DNA of 45,597 nt. Source: Candidatus Methylomirabilales bacterium (lineage in GTDB: Bacteria > Methylomirabilota > Methylomirabilia > Methylomirabilales > CSP1-5). Positions 1-9,354 of this stretch are shown here, piece by piece. The notes under the pieces were generated by a model that had not been told where the DNA came from, made no database searches, and saw nothing but the letters and a program-made list of their open reading frames with translations. The stretch spans positions 1 to 45,597 of the forward strand of contig JBHIAH010000015.1 in NCBI GenBank assembly GCA_046758505.1. Direction: 5' to 3'. The stretch's first letter is position 1. Each line of letters starts with the position of its first letter. A program made the translations under genes and the position numbers.

Positions 1-1
1 A

Positions 2-55
2 CTGGATGCCTTCCTCCCCTCCATCCTAGAGAATGCTTTCAAAGGAGAGCTATGA
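2..55 (+). CDS. hsdS: 3' end of type I restriction-modification specificity subunit (partial)
   Basis: Frame 2 reads LDAFLPSILENAFKGEL*, matching the typical HsdS C-terminus (L..SIL..AF.GEL); only 17 codons visible. Confidence 0.7.
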   Translation: MDAFLPSILENAFKGEL

Positions 56-112
56 GCCGCGCTGGTGCTGTGCAAGACTGAGCAGAGCAGGCAAAAAAAG
101 GGGAAATTGACA

Positions 113-271
113 ATGACAGAGCAAAACGTAGATTTTTCACTAGCCGAGAGACGCCGCACCTTGATTGCTTCCATTGAGGCAGAGCGCGGAAGCAAAGCTG
201 TTACTTATTTCCTAGGTGATCGGCGAGGTGCTCAGGCACAAATAGCGGGTAGGGGTCAAGTCTTTTGTTGA
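113..271 (+). pseudogene. Truncated N-terminus resembling SDH-family Clp-fold serine protease
   Basis: RRTLIASIEAERGSKAVTYFLGDR resembles the N-terminus of that family; ORF stops after about 52 codons at GGGGTCAAGTCTTTTGTTGA. Confidence 0.4.
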
Positions 272-589
272 CTAATTTTCTCCTCGCGCTATGCCGGCCG
301 AAGCACAAAGCACTGGGGAGCCTGTGAAGCCCGCCCAGTGCCTGATTACTGCGGGGTACGATCATTCTCATATCGACCTACCCACAAGCCCTACCCCGTT
401 GCGCTAATGTGCCCATAATTTAGCCCTTGGAGGCCAAGGTGTCAACGAGATCATGGTAAGGCCAAACCACCCGAAAATGCGTGCTCGGGGAGGGGCGGAG
501 GGAGGAGAGCCGGGTTTGGTCGTTGCCCTTGACACCAGAGGCGTCAAGGGTCAAGGGTCCAGAAAGGGAAGGAGCTTTTCCCTGCCCGG

Positions 590-877
590 CTATGAGCGCC
601 GCTTGCTGAGTTGCTTTAGTCTTGCGGCGTCGCCAACGATCAGAGCCTTCTTCTTGGCGTGATTCCACCGCTTGAGCTGTCGCTCTCGTCCGATGGCTTT
701 CTCAAGCGAGTCGTAACTCTCCGAATAGACCAGTTGCACGGGTCTTCGCAGAAAGGTGTATTTTGAGCCTCGGCCGTCGTTGTGCGCATTCTCCCGGCCT
801 TTCAGATCCTCTGTCAATCCGACATAGTAGCTGCCGTCCGCGCAACGGAGGATGTAGACGTGAATCGTGTCGGACAT
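590..877 (-). CDS. GIY-YIG nuclease family protein (UPF0213/YhbQ-like)
   Basis: VYILRCADGSYYVG...R...HN.GRGSKYT..RRPV.LVY.E...A..RE.QLK.W...KK.AL; start taken at ATG 877. Confidence 0.92.
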   Translation of the reverse strand: MSDTIHVYILRCADGSYYVGLTEDLKGRENAHNDGRGSKYTFLRRPVQLVYSESYDSLEKAIGRERQLKRWNHAKKKALIVGDAARLKQLSKRRS

Positions 878-879
878 GT

Positions 880-1123
880 CTTCGACCCTGAGGTTCGACA
901 GGCTCACCACCCCGAGGAGGATCGAGGGGAAGGGAAGCCCCTCGACGTCGCTCGGGACAAGCCCTTCGACTCGCCCCTTTTCCTCGGCAGGCTTGGGGCA
1001 CTTCGGTGACTCGCTCAGGGCACCATTCGACGCGTGAGAAGAGGCTCTCTGGCCGCTAATGGCCTGCTCGCCCTGAGGTTCAACTCGAAGGGCCATGAGC
1101 CCCTCGACTCCGCTCGGGACAGG
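880..1123. repeat. Cluster of REP-like repeats of the CCCTTCGACTNCGCTCRGG type in both orientations
   Basis: AGCCCCTCGAC(GT/TC)CGCTCGGGACA at 936-959 and 1098-1121 (22/24 identical); partial copies near 893, 962 and 1008; inverted copy CCCTGAG...TCGAAGGG at about 1070-1093. Confidence 0.7.
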
Positions 1124-1126
1124 CAA

Positions 1127-1160
1127 GCGGGGAAAGCTCTGGCCAGTAAGCTTTCCCCGC
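1127..1160. terminator. GC-rich hairpin just downstream of tRNA-Ala
   Basis: GCGGGGAAAGCT (1127-1138) pairs with AGCTTTCCCCGC (1149-1160); no clear U-tract. Confidence 0.45.
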
Positions 1161-1168
1161 GCGTCGAA

Positions 1169-1244
1169 TGGTGGAGGGTAGGGGATTCGAACCCCCGACC
1201 TCTGCCTTGCGAAGGCAGCGCTCTCCCAACTGAGCTAACCCCCC
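1169..1244 (-). tRNA. tRNA-Ala(CGC)
   Basis: 76-nt cloverleaf GGGGGGTTAGCTCAGTTGGGAGAGCGCTGCCTT-CGC-AAGGCAG...GGTTCGAATCC...CCACCA with G3:U70 Ala identity pair and encoded CCA. Confidence 0.98.
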
Positions 1245-1293
1245 TCGGCGGAATATCACTATACTCAACATCACCGGTGGTGTCGAGGCCCTT

Positions 1294-1686
1294 TCACTCG
1301 AGCGGGGCCTTGGGCGTCGTCCGGATCTTGTAGAACAGGACGACCGTATACCTGATGCTGTTGACGCAGGGGACGCGGTCGCGATCCCCGATCCAGCCCG
1401 GGCAGACGAGGACCCCTTCCCGGGACTCCTGGCGCTCTTGCACCATGTCATCCACGATCCGCTCGATCTCAAAGCCTCCTCCGTGGCACTCCGGATGCAG
1501 ACAGGGGATTCGCCCTTGAAAGGTGCCGTCCCCGACGCTCAGGGTGAGCCGTCCCTGCGCGGTGGTGGCCCCGGCGGGCTCGCGGCCGGAGAGCTCACAC
1601 TCCACGAAGGCATCCTTCAGTTCGGGAAAGGCCTTCGCGAAGGGCTGATCGAACGCCCGCACCGTTGGCCGTTTTCGTTGAGCCAT
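1294..1686 (-). CDS. Hypothetical protein with a four-Cys cluster (possible Zn-binding)
   Basis: MAQRKRP...IPCLHPECHGGGF...VCPGW...VPCVN; packed in operon with upstream genes. Confidence 0.7.
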   Translation of the reverse strand: MAQRKRPTVRAFDQPFAKAFPELKDAFVECELSGREPAGATTAQGRLTLSVGDGTFQGRIPCLHPECHGGGFEIERIVDDMVQERQESREGVLVCPGWIGDRDRVPCVNSIRYTVVLFYKIRTTPKAPLE

Positions 1687-1709
1687 CGCCTCGTTCCTTC
1701 GCCCACCGA

Positions 1710-2042
1710 TTACGGCTCGGCAGGGACTCTCCGCAGTTGTTTCTGCCGGAGGATGTCCTGAAACGTAAAGGTCGGGCCTTTGGGGATAAAACCGAGGTAG
1801 ACGTATTTCGTGTCCGGGTCCCGCGAGATGACCCACAGGTCTCCGGTCTCGCTGTCCAACAGGTACTCTAACCCCCCCTGCGCCTGCGCCGGGTAAAAGA
1901 CATATCGCCCCGCCTTCGGAACCTGCGCTCCCTGCTCTGTGGGCGGGACCGACGTGGGGGGGGTGGGTGGCGGTTCCTGGGCCGTGGCGACCCCTCCCCC
2001 CAGCATGATGATGGTCAGGACCGCGTATCCGAGTCGCCTCAT
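1710..2042 (-). CDS. Secreted hypothetical protein
   Basis: Signal peptide (MRRLGYAVLTIIML...ATA-QE), Pro-rich linker, YLLDSETGDLW motif; RBS GGAGGA; overlaps nfi stop. Confidence 0.75.
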   Translation of the reverse strand: MRRLGYAVLTIIMLGGGVATAQEPPPTPPTSVPPTEQGAQVPKAGRYVFYPAQAQGGLEYLLDSETGDLWVISRDPDTKYVYLGFIPKGPTFTFQDILRQKQLRRVPAEP

Positions 2043-2785
2043 TGTGTTCCTCCTTCCTCCTCCATCTGCCGACGCACATGCTTTGCCTCCTTCTGGGGAG
2101 GCCCCTTCTCCCTGTCACTGCGGCGGAGTGCATTCACCAACAGATGTGCCTGGCGGGTCGGCTCGGGCAGGCGGTAGCCGCCGTGTGCCCTGAGGACGAT
2201 CTCCCGCGCCCGCGTGAAGTTCATCCGATAGCCGGGCGAGACAAAGACGGGTGCGACGCCGTCTCTGGTCCGCAGGATGAGCCCGACCTGCTCCCCTTTG
2301 GCATAGAGGGTCCGAAAGCTCCCCCGTTTCCGCGCCGGCTCCTGGTACTCGCCGACGAGGAGGCTCTTGGCGCAGCCAATGGAGGGGAGGTTGAGGAGGA
2401 GGCCCAGGTGACAGGCCAGCCCGAAACGCCGGGGGTGGGCGATCCCCTGGCCGTCGCACATGAGACAGTCAGGCCGGCGGTGAAGCCGCGTGAAGGCGTG
2501 CAGGACCGCCGGCGCCTCGCGGAACGAGAGGAGGCCGGGGACATAGGGAAACGTGGCCTGCTTCACCGCGGTCGTCGTCTCCAGGATCTCGCGATCGCGG
2601 AGCCGCATCACGATCACTGCCGCGTAAATTTGGGGCGAGCGCTTATCATACGAGACGTCCACCCCCGCCACGGTCGCGATGGGTCCCCGGTACGCCCCGA
2701 CATCGAGGCGCCCTCGGAGCGCCTGCTGGATCCGGATCGCCTCGGCGGGCGGGACGTTCCAGCGGTGAAGGCGCCGAACCTTCAT
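2039..2785 (-). CDS. nfi: Endonuclease V
   Basis: AGVDVSY, FPYVPGLLSFRE, DGQGIAHPRRFGLACHLG, IGCAKS, PVFVSPG, RLPEPTRQAH motifs. Confidence 0.97.
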   Translation of the reverse strand: MKVRRLHRWNVPPAEAIRIQQALRGRLDVGAYRGPIATVAGVDVSYDKRSPQIYAAVIVMRLRDREILETTTAVKQATFPYVPGLLSFREAPAVLHAFTRLHRRPDCLMCDGQGIAHPRRFGLACHLGLLLNLPSIGCAKSLLVGEYQEPARKRGSFRTLYAKGEQVGLILRTRDGVAPVFVSPGYRMNFTRAREIVLRAHGGYRLPEPTRQAHLLVNALRRSDREKGPPQKEAKHVRRQMEEEGGTQ

Positions 2786-3885
2786 CGGTGCAGTCGGAAG
2801 GGATCAAGCGAGAGAGCCGGCTGCTCGTCGCGAAGCAGCTCGGCCATGAGCTGCCCGGTGACCGGCGCCAGCAGGATCCCGTTGCGGTGGTGGCCTGAGG
2901 CGATGTAGCAACCCGGTGCGCCCGGCACGGCGCCGAGAAACGGCAGCTCATCGGGGGTCCAGGGGCGAAAGCCTGCCCACACCTTCAGGAGCGGCCGGGT
3001 CCCGAGGGCCGGGACGACGCCCCGCGCCGCTCCCAGTAGCCCCTCGATAGCGGCTGCCGTCACGCGCTTTTCGAATCCGGCAAATTCCGTGGTGGTCCCG
3101 ACCACCAGCTCGCCGCTCACCCGGGGGACGCAATACACCTCTCGGCTGTATAGAATGTGACGACAGAGATCCCCGTGGGTTTCCACCGAGAGCAGTTGCC
3201 CCCGGGCGGGCCGAATCGGGATCTCCCGGTCGAGGAGCTCCCCGAACATCCCCGACCAGGCCCCCGCGGCGATGACCACCTTGCCGGCGTGGTAGGTTCC
3301 GGTGGGGGACCGGACCCCGATCACCCGATCCCGATCCCGCACGAGCCCGCTGACGGGAGATCCCTCGAGGTACTGCACCCCCCGTCGGGCTCCGGCGAGC
3401 GAGAGGGCCCGAACCATGCGGGCATTCTGGACCTGGTGGTCGTCGGGGAGATATACGGCACCGCGGATTGCGGGGGTCACGTCGGGTTCGGCCTCGAGCA
3501 CCTGCTTCGAGTCCCACCGTTCGACCGTGAGTCCCCGCCCGCCCTGCTGTGCGATCATCCGCGTGCCGTGGGCCTCGTCCTCCTCGGTGAGGAGCAGATA
3601 GAGGATGCCGGAGCGGACGTACTCGATGTCGATCCCGGTCTCCGCCTTCAGCAGCTCCTGGAGAGGGGCAAACATCTGCCGGCTTTTCAGGGCAAGGTCC
3701 AGGAACGGGCCGGGGGGAAGGCCCTCGGCCTGTGGGGCCAACATTCCCGCGGCCTCGCCCGAGGCCTCGCACCCGAGTCGATCCCGTTCGAGGAGGAGAA
3801 CCTGGATTCCGGCGCGCGACAGATCGAGGGCGATCGAACACCCGATGATGCCCCCGCCGATGATCAGGACATCTGCCGTCTTCAT
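2782..3885 (-). CDS. thiO: Glycine oxidase (FAD-dependent, DAO family)
   Basis: IIGGGIIG FAD motif, EASGEAAGML, GFRPWTPD, GHHRNGILLAPVTG. Confidence 0.9.
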   Translation of the reverse strand: MKTADVLIIGGGIIGCSIALDLSRAGIQVLLLERDRLGCEASGEAAGMLAPQAEGLPPGPFLDLALKSRQMFAPLQELLKAETGIDIEYVRSGILYLLLTEEDEAHGTRMIAQQGGRGLTVERWDSKQVLEAEPDVTPAIRGAVYLPDDHQVQNARMVRALSLAGARRGVQYLEGSPVSGLVRDRDRVIGVRSPTGTYHAGKVVIAAGAWSGMFGELLDREIPIRPARGQLLSVETHGDLCRHILYSREVYCVPRVSGELVVGTTTEFAGFEKRVTAAAIEGLLGAARGVVPALGTRPLLKVWAGFRPWTPDELPFLGAVPGAPGCYIASGHHRNGILLAPVTGQLMAELLRDEQPALSLDPFRLHR

Positions 3886-3920
3886 CCGTCCATCAATCGC
3901 TGGGCTGTTTCGTTCCCCGC

Positions 3921-4724
3921 TCAGGAGGACTGGGCTCCCCGGTTGATTAAGGAGGCGATCAGATCAATGGGGAGGGGAAAGATGATGGTCGAGCTCTGTT
4001 CGGTGCCGATCTCTGTCAGGGTTTGGAGGTAGCGGAGCTGAATGGTAATCGGCTCCGCCGCGATGATCACGGCCGCCTGCGCGAGCTTCTCCGAGGCCTG
4101 GAGTTCCCCCTCGGCGTGGATGATCTTGGCCCGCTTTTCGCGCTCTGCTTCTGCCTGCCGCGCCATGGCCCGCTGCATCTCGGCCGGCAGATCGACGTGC
4201 TTGACCTCGACCGCCGTCACTTTGATCCCCCAGGGATCAGTGTGCTCATCGATGATCCGCTGGAGCTTCCGGTTGATCTGTTCCCGTTCGGATAACAGCT
4301 CATCCAGCTCCGACTCGCCCAGGACGCTCCGCAACGTGGTCTGGGCAATCTGGGATGTGGCGTACAGATAGTCCTCCACCGCGACGATGGCGTCCTCGGG
4401 GTTGACCACCCGGAAATAGATCACGGCGTTCACCTTGACCGAGACGTTGTCCTTGGTGATGACGTCCTGGGAGGGGACGTCCATGGCGACGATCCTGAGA
4501 CTCACGCGGACCATCTTGTCGATGAAGGGCAGGAGGATCAGGATCCCCGGCCCGTAGCCTTCGCCGCCCGGATTGATGATCGCCCTCGCCAACCTCCCGA
4601 AGCGGAAGATGACCGCCCGCTCGTATTCATTCAGGATCCGGAAGGAGGACGTGAGGATATATACGAGGATCACGAGGAAGAAGATCCCGATCACACCGAT
4701 GTTGAATGGGAACGCGCCAGGCAT
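3921..4724 (-). CDS. SPFH/band 7 (stomatin/slipin) protein
   Basis: N-terminal TM helix, [43 protein letters not shown]; downstream of nfeD. Confidence 0.95.
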   Translation of the reverse strand: MPGAFPFNIGVIGIFFLVILVYILTSSFRILNEYERAVIFRFGRLARAIINPGGEGYGPGILILLPFIDKMVRVSLRIVAMDVPSQDVITKDNVSVKVNAVIYFRVVNPEDAIVAVEDYLYATSQIAQTTLRSVLGESELDELLSEREQINRKLQRIIDEHTDPWGIKVTAVEVKHVDLPAEMQRAMARQAEAEREKRAKIIHAEGELQASEKLAQAAVIIAAEPITIQLRYLQTLTEIGTEQSSTIIFPLPIDLIASLINRGAQSS

Positions 4725-4769
4725 GGTTTTTCCCTCCCTGCCCTGCTTCGGGCAGCAATCCGTAGTGGG

Positions 4770-6077
4770 CTATCGTGTCGTTTGTGCCTCCTCGGGAAGT
4801 TTTCTCACCTGTAACGTCAACCCGGCAATGCCGGTCACCTCGACGTGCCCCCCGGATTCGACCGCCTCGTCACACTTCGCGTTCCAGATCTCGCCGACGA
4901 CGAAGATCTGCCCTTCCGGTTTCAGCGCCGTTCTCGCCACCCCTCGCTGGCCGATGAGGCCTTCGCGCCCCGTTACCGGCTGCCGGCGATGGACTCGGAT
5001 CGCCGCTCCGATCACGAGGAAGAAAAAGGCGGCGGTGGCCGCGGTGACCCCGATGATGGCGGAGAGGGAGATTCGCAAAAAAGGGGCCGGGGAATCGATC
5101 AGCATCAACGACCCCAACAGCATGGCTGCAATCCCGCCAGCCGTCAGGACGCCGTGAGAGACCACCTGGAGCTCGGCGATAAAGAGGAGCACGCCCAGGA
5201 TGATCAGGATGAGACCGGCAAAGTTGATGGGGAGGGTCTGAAGCGCGTAGAAGGCGAGAATGAGGGAAATTCCCCCCAGGACCCCCGGCAGGATGGCCCC
5301 GGGATTGGACAGCTCGAAATAGAGGCCGGCCATCCCCAGGATCAGGAGCATGTAGGCGATGGTCGGGTTCGAGATGACCTTCAGGACCTTGTCGCGAAAG
5401 CTCATCTCGACCTCGACCAGCGTGGCCGCCTTGGTCTTCAAGGTGATCTTGCCGGCTCCCGTCACCACGGTGCGTCCATCGATCTTGGCAAGGAGATCGG
5501 CCCGATCGTCCGCGATGAGATCGATCACCTTCAGTGTGAGCGCCTCTTTCGCGGTGATCGACACACTCTCGCGGACCGCCTTCTCGGCCCACTTGGCGTT
5601 CCGCCCCCGGCGATCCGCCAGGCCCCGGATGTAGGCGGCCGCATCGTTTTCAACCTTCTTGGCCATCTCTTCGTCCATCTTCCCACCCCCCATCTGCACG
5701 GGATGGGCGGCTCCGATATTCGTCCCGGGGGTCATGGCCGCCACGTGGGCCGCGATGGTGATGAAAGCGCCCGCCGAGGCGGCCCTCGCCCCGCCCGGGG
5801 AGACGTAGACGACGACGGGGACCGGGGATCGCAGGATTTCCTTGATGATGGCGCGCATGGAGAGATCGAGGCCGCCGGGGGTATCGAGCTCGATGATAAG
5901 CGCTTGAGCTTGGACCTGTTCGGCCTTGTGAATGGCACCGACAATGAAGTCGGCCGTACTGGGCGAGATGATCCCCTCCACCTCGGCCACGTAGACACTC
6001 GGGGAGGCGGCGTGGCCTGCCGGGGTCCAGAGGGTGGACAGGACGGCCAGGGGCAGCGTGAAGCGTAAGGCCTTCAT
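4770..6077 (-). CDS. nfeD: Long-form NfeD membrane-bound serine protease
   Basis: LDTPGG, ARAASAG, TNIGAAHPV (ClpP-like), TM bundle, C-terminal OB domain (PEGQIFVVGEIW). Confidence 0.95.
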   Translation of the reverse strand: MKALRFTLPLAVLSTLWTPAGHAASPSVYVAEVEGIISPSTADFIVGAIHKAEQVQAQALIIELDTPGGLDLSMRAIIKEILRSPVPVVVYVSPGGARAASAGAFITIAAHVAAMTPGTNIGAAHPVQMGGGKMDEEMAKKVENDAAAYIRGLADRRGRNAKWAEKAVRESVSITAKEALTLKVIDLIADDRADLLAKIDGRTVVTGAGKITLKTKAATLVEVEMSFRDKVLKVISNPTIAYMLLILGMAGLYFELSNPGAILPGVLGGISLILAFYALQTLPINFAGLILIILGVLLFIAELQVVSHGVLTAGGIAAMLLGSLMLIDSPAPFLRISLSAIIGVTAATAAFFFLVIGAAIRVHRRQPVTGREGLIGQRGVARTALKPEGQIFVVGEIWNAKCDEAVESGGHVEVTGIAGLTLQVRKLPEEAQTTR

Positions 6078-6198
6078 CTTCTTAGATTACTCTGCCCCGC
6101 CCAAATTTGCAAGGCGTTCCCCCCGGCAGACGGCTGGAACGCTAGGACGCAAAAACCACTCCGGCTCCCTGTGCGTTATAGCATTGTGACATTCCGGC

Positions 6199-6238
6199 CT
6201 TCTAGCCTCCCAGCGTGCTAGCCTTCTAGCTTTCTAGC
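6199..6238. repeat. 8-nt periodic tract (CTTCTAGC-like)
   Basis: cttctagc ctcccagc gtgctagc cttctagc tttctagc. Confidence 0.55.
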
Positions 6239-7109
6239 GGCTGGTGTCCCACACGGTGAGCAGGGCGGGGGCGATGTCGGTCAAGGCGTGAATCCGGCGT
6301 GCGAGACGGTCGCTCCCTCGTCCCCAGATCATCGTCGGGACGCGGTTCCAGGTATGAGATCCGGTGCTGAGGTCTTCGACGTTGCCGTGGTCGCTCGCGA
6401 GGACCAGGAGATGCCGGGACCGATCCAGATACGCGACCAGGGCCGAGAGAAAACGATCCAGACCTTCGAGCAGGGAGACCGCGCGGTTCATATCCTGAGC
6501 GTGGCCGGCCAGGTCGGTTTCAATGTATTCGTAATAGGTCAGATCATGGGTTGCGGCCATGTCTGCCAGCCGCCCGGCTGCCTCCTCTGGGGACAGGAGG
6601 GGAACCGAAAAGCCTCGGGACCGGAGCAGGTGGTTGGTGAAGTCGTGGTACAGGGCCTGGCCTCTGGACAGGTCGCCCAGGTCCCGCAGTCGCACACCCG
6701 CGGTCCGCGCGGCCACGGTGGTTACCGAGGGAAACCGGCGGCGTCTCAGGGTCGGATCGGTGAAGGCGTTGGCGCAGGCAATCCGTCCCCCGCGGCGGGA
6801 GACGGTCCGGAAGAGGGAGTGCGCGCCGAGCATCGACGCCAGTGTCGGGCTGCAGAAGCCCTGGATGTGTCGGCCGGCCAAGAGGGGGGCATTGAGGCCG
6901 GTGAGGAGCGCGGTCTGGCCGGTGGCACTCTGGGGAAGGCCCGGAATCCCCAGCGAGGCGTCCGTCGGAATGAGCGAACGGCCGTCCGTGGCCGGGGTCT
7001 GGCTCCGAAAGCAGCGGAACCATCGGGTCCGGGCCGCCGCCAGGGGGTTTCGATCGGCGTCCGGTTCACCCAGGCCGAGGCCGTCTACGAAAAAGAGGAG
7101 GACACGCAC
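6234..7109 (-). CDS. Metalloenzyme (alkaline phosphatase / iPGM superfamily) protein
   Basis: FFVDGLG, DASLGIPGLPQSATGQT, TDLAGH, SDHGNVED, HTWNRVP. Confidence 0.9.
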   Translation of the reverse strand: MRVLLFFVDGLGLGEPDADRNPLAAARTRWFRCFRSQTPATDGRSLIPTDASLGIPGLPQSATGQTALLTGLNAPLLAGRHIQGFCSPTLASMLGAHSLFRTVSRRGGRIACANAFTDPTLRRRRFPSVTTVAARTAGVRLRDLGDLSRGQALYHDFTNHLLRSRGFSVPLLSPEEAAGRLADMAATHDLTYYEYIETDLAGHAQDMNRAVSLLEGLDRFLSALVAYLDRSRHLLVLASDHGNVEDLSTGSHTWNRVPTMIWGRGSDRLARRIHALTDIAPALLTVWDTSR

Positions 7110-7166
7110 GGTTCGCTCCCTTGCAGCGCGCCGGCACCCGGCTGTGCCGGGCGGCCTCCTTCGGGA

Positions 7167-7970
7167 TCACCGGCCCCTCCCTGGATCCTCTCCGACCTTT
7201 GCTTCTCGCCACAAGGCATCCATCTCCTCCAGGCTACTCTCTGTCAACGACTTCCCTTGCTCCGCGATCACCGTTTCGATGTGGCGGAACCGGCGGGTGA
7301 ACTTTGCAATACATTTGCGGAGGGCCTCTTCTGCGTTCACCTGGAGAAACCGGGCGAGGTTGACCAGGCTGAAAAAGAGGTCTCCCAACTCGGCCTCCGT
7401 CGCTTCCGGCTCCTTCCCCATCACCGCCTTGAGTTCAGCGATCTCCTCCTCTACCTTTTGGAGGACGTGCGCGGTCTCGCCCCAGTCGAATCCCACCCTG
7501 GCCGCCTTGTCTTGAAGGCGCTGGGCCCGGAGGAGGGCGGGGAGGGTCTTGGGAACCCCCGAGAGGGCCGAGGCCTGCGTCACCCCACCCCGCTCGGCCT
7601 GCTTGAGCCGCTCCCAGTTGGTGAGAACCTCCGTGGCCGTTTCCGCGCGGCGGTCGCCGAAGACGTGGGGGTGACGGCGGACGAGCTTGTCCGTGACATC
7701 CTCGAGCACCGCCGAAATCGTGAATTCCCCGAGTTCGGCGGCCACCTGGGCGTGAAACACCACCTGGAGAAGGAGATCCCCGAGCTCCTCCCGCAGTCGT
7801 TCTCCCCCCTCCTGGTCCAGGGCCTCGAGGACCTCGTACGCCTCTTCGATGAGGAAGGGCTTGAGGGACTCCCGGGTCTGCTCCCGGTCCCAGGGACAGC
7901 CCTGAGGCCCTCGAAGGACGGCCATGATCTCGACCAACCGTTCGAAAAGGGGTCCACTCGTCTCGGTCAT
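7167..7970 (-). CDS. mazG: Nucleoside triphosphate pyrophosphohydrolase
   Basis: GCPWDREQT, EEAYE, EELGDLLLQVVFH, RHPHVF, GFDW, ELGDLFF. Confidence 0.97.
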   Translation of the reverse strand: MTETSGPLFERLVEIMAVLRGPQGCPWDREQTRESLKPFLIEEAYEVLEALDQEGGERLREELGDLLLQVVFHAQVAAELGEFTISAVLEDVTDKLVRRHPHVFGDRRAETATEVLTNWERLKQAERGGVTQASALSGVPKTLPALLRAQRLQDKAARVGFDWGETAHVLQKVEEEIAELKAVMGKEPEATEAELGDLFFSLVNLARFLQVNAEEALRKCIAKFTRRFRHIETVIAEQGKSLTESSLEEMDALWREAKVGEDPGRGR

Positions 7971-8050
7971 CCCCGCTCCCTTTTGCACGGACGCACGCCG
8001 CCCTATTATACACGGCACTCCCCCCCCGACAAGATGAGAGAGTTTTTCCC

Positions 8051-8100
8051 TTGACGGGGGAGACGGATCGTCTAGAATTTGTTTTGCGAATTATTCGCAA
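8051..8100 (+). promoter_or_regulatory. Sigma70-like promoter plus Fur-family-type operator
   Basis: TTGACG (8051) - 16 bp - TAGAAT (8073); perfect 8-1-8 palindrome TTGCGAAT-T-ATTCGCAA at 8084-8100. Confidence 0.75.
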
Positions 8101-8109
8101 TCTATCGCC

Positions 8110-8550
8110 ATGCGCCAGTCGACAGAGCATTTCAAACAGCTCCTGGGCGGGGAGGGGTATTCCTGGACGCGGGCCCGGTCGACGGTCCTCGCCGTGCTGA
8201 CCACGGTCCCGAGCCCCCTCCGGGCGGAGGAGATCCACCGGGTGCTTCGAAACTCGGGGATCAATCTCTCCTCGGTCTACCGGGCCCTCCGTCTCTTCGA
8301 GATCCTCAACATTGTCCACCGGGTGGAGCTGGGAGAGGGGGCTGCCCGGTACGAGCTGGCCGACGCCTATCGGGATCACCACCACCACCTGGTCTGCGAC
8401 GCTTGCGGGCGGATTGAGGATGTGGCAGCCTGCCCGGTCGAGGCGGCTGACCTCACACGGCAGATCCGGCAACAGACCGGCTTTGCCGTCCGGTCTCACG
8501 TGCTCGAGCTCTTCGGTCTATGTCGGAGCTGTCACCGGGAGGGGCGATGA
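8110..8550 (+). CDS. Fur-family metalloregulator (Zur-like)
   Basis: SSVYRAL HTH, HHHHLVCDACG, GLCRSC. Confidence 0.93.
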   Translation: MRQSTEHFKQLLGGEGYSWTRARSTVLAVLTTVPSPLRAEEIHRVLRNSGINLSSVYRALRLFEILNIVHRVELGEGAARYELADAYRDHHHHLVCDACGRIEDVAACPVEAADLTRQIRQQTGFAVRSHVLELFGLCRSCHREGR

Positions 8551-8563
8551 AGGGGCTGGCGGG

Positions 8564-9259
8564 ATGATCTACGTTTACGCGGTCGTGGCTGGATTATCCG
8601 ACGTCGGAGCCGGCTGGCTTGCCCTGCGCGGGAAGACCGCCAGGATCGAGTCGCGATACATCATCGGGTTTGCGGCGGGGGTCCTGCTGGCCGTCAGCTT
8701 TCTCGACATCCTCCCGGAAGTGAACATGAAAGAGGACGCCCTCGTTCTTGCCCTCGGCTTTCTCGTCTTTTATGTGCTGGAAAAGGTGATGATGATCCAC
8801 GCCTGTGGCGAGAGTGAATGCGAGACGCACCAGATTGGTCCGGTCGCGGTGCTGGGCATGGCCCTGGACAACTTTGCCGACGGGGCCGGCATCGCCGTGG
8901 GCTATCTGATCGACCCGCTCCTGGGGCTCTCCATTACCGCCGCCGTCGTCCTCCATGAGATTCCGCAGGGGATTACCTCTGCCCTCATCATGCAGGAGGC
9001 GCGGTGGAGCAGATCGGGGATCATGGGGGCCCTCCTGCTGGCAGGCCTCCTCTACCCGCTGGGGGCCCTGCTGGCCGCGTTTATCCCTGGCCCGTACCTC
9101 GAGAAAGCCCTGGCCTTTATCGCGGGCGATTTTATCTATATCGGGGCGAGTGACCTGCTGCCGGAGGCCCATCGGAAATTCAATTGGAAGGTCATCCTCT
9201 CGGTGGTGAGCGGGATGGCCTTCATGGGGGTGCTCCGATTCCTCGTCCCCCTGGTCTAA
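8564..9259 (+). CDS. ZIP family metal transporter
   Basis: FAAGVLL, His/Cys loop HACGESECETH, DNFADG, LHEIPQG, DLLPE. Confidence 0.93.
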   Translation: MIYVYAVVAGLSDVGAGWLALRGKTARIESRYIIGFAAGVLLAVSFLDILPEVNMKEDALVLALGFLVFYVLEKVMMIHACGESECETHQIGPVAVLGMALDNFADGAGIAVGYLIDPLLGLSITAAVVLHEIPQGITSALIMQEARWSRSGIMGALLLAGLLYPLGALLAAFIPGPYLEKALAFIAGDFIYIGASDLLPEAHRKFNWKVILSVVSGMAFMGVLRFLVPLV

Positions 9260-9354
9260 CGCAGGGCGTCTTGCCGTCGGCCGCCGCCTGAGGGGGTATG
9301 ACGGTACGGGATTTGCAAACACACCCACCGGCCAATCCTGGACGGGGGAATCCG

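Noticed and set aside
878..1126. 83-aa N-terminal extension of the GIY-YIG ORF
   Set aside because: Translation of the REP-like repeats (recurrent VEG motifs); the domain starts at ATG 877
6288..8054. 588-aa plus-strand ORF
   Set aside because: Antisense shadow of the metalloenzyme gene and mazG; stop-poor reverse frame typical of high-GC DNA
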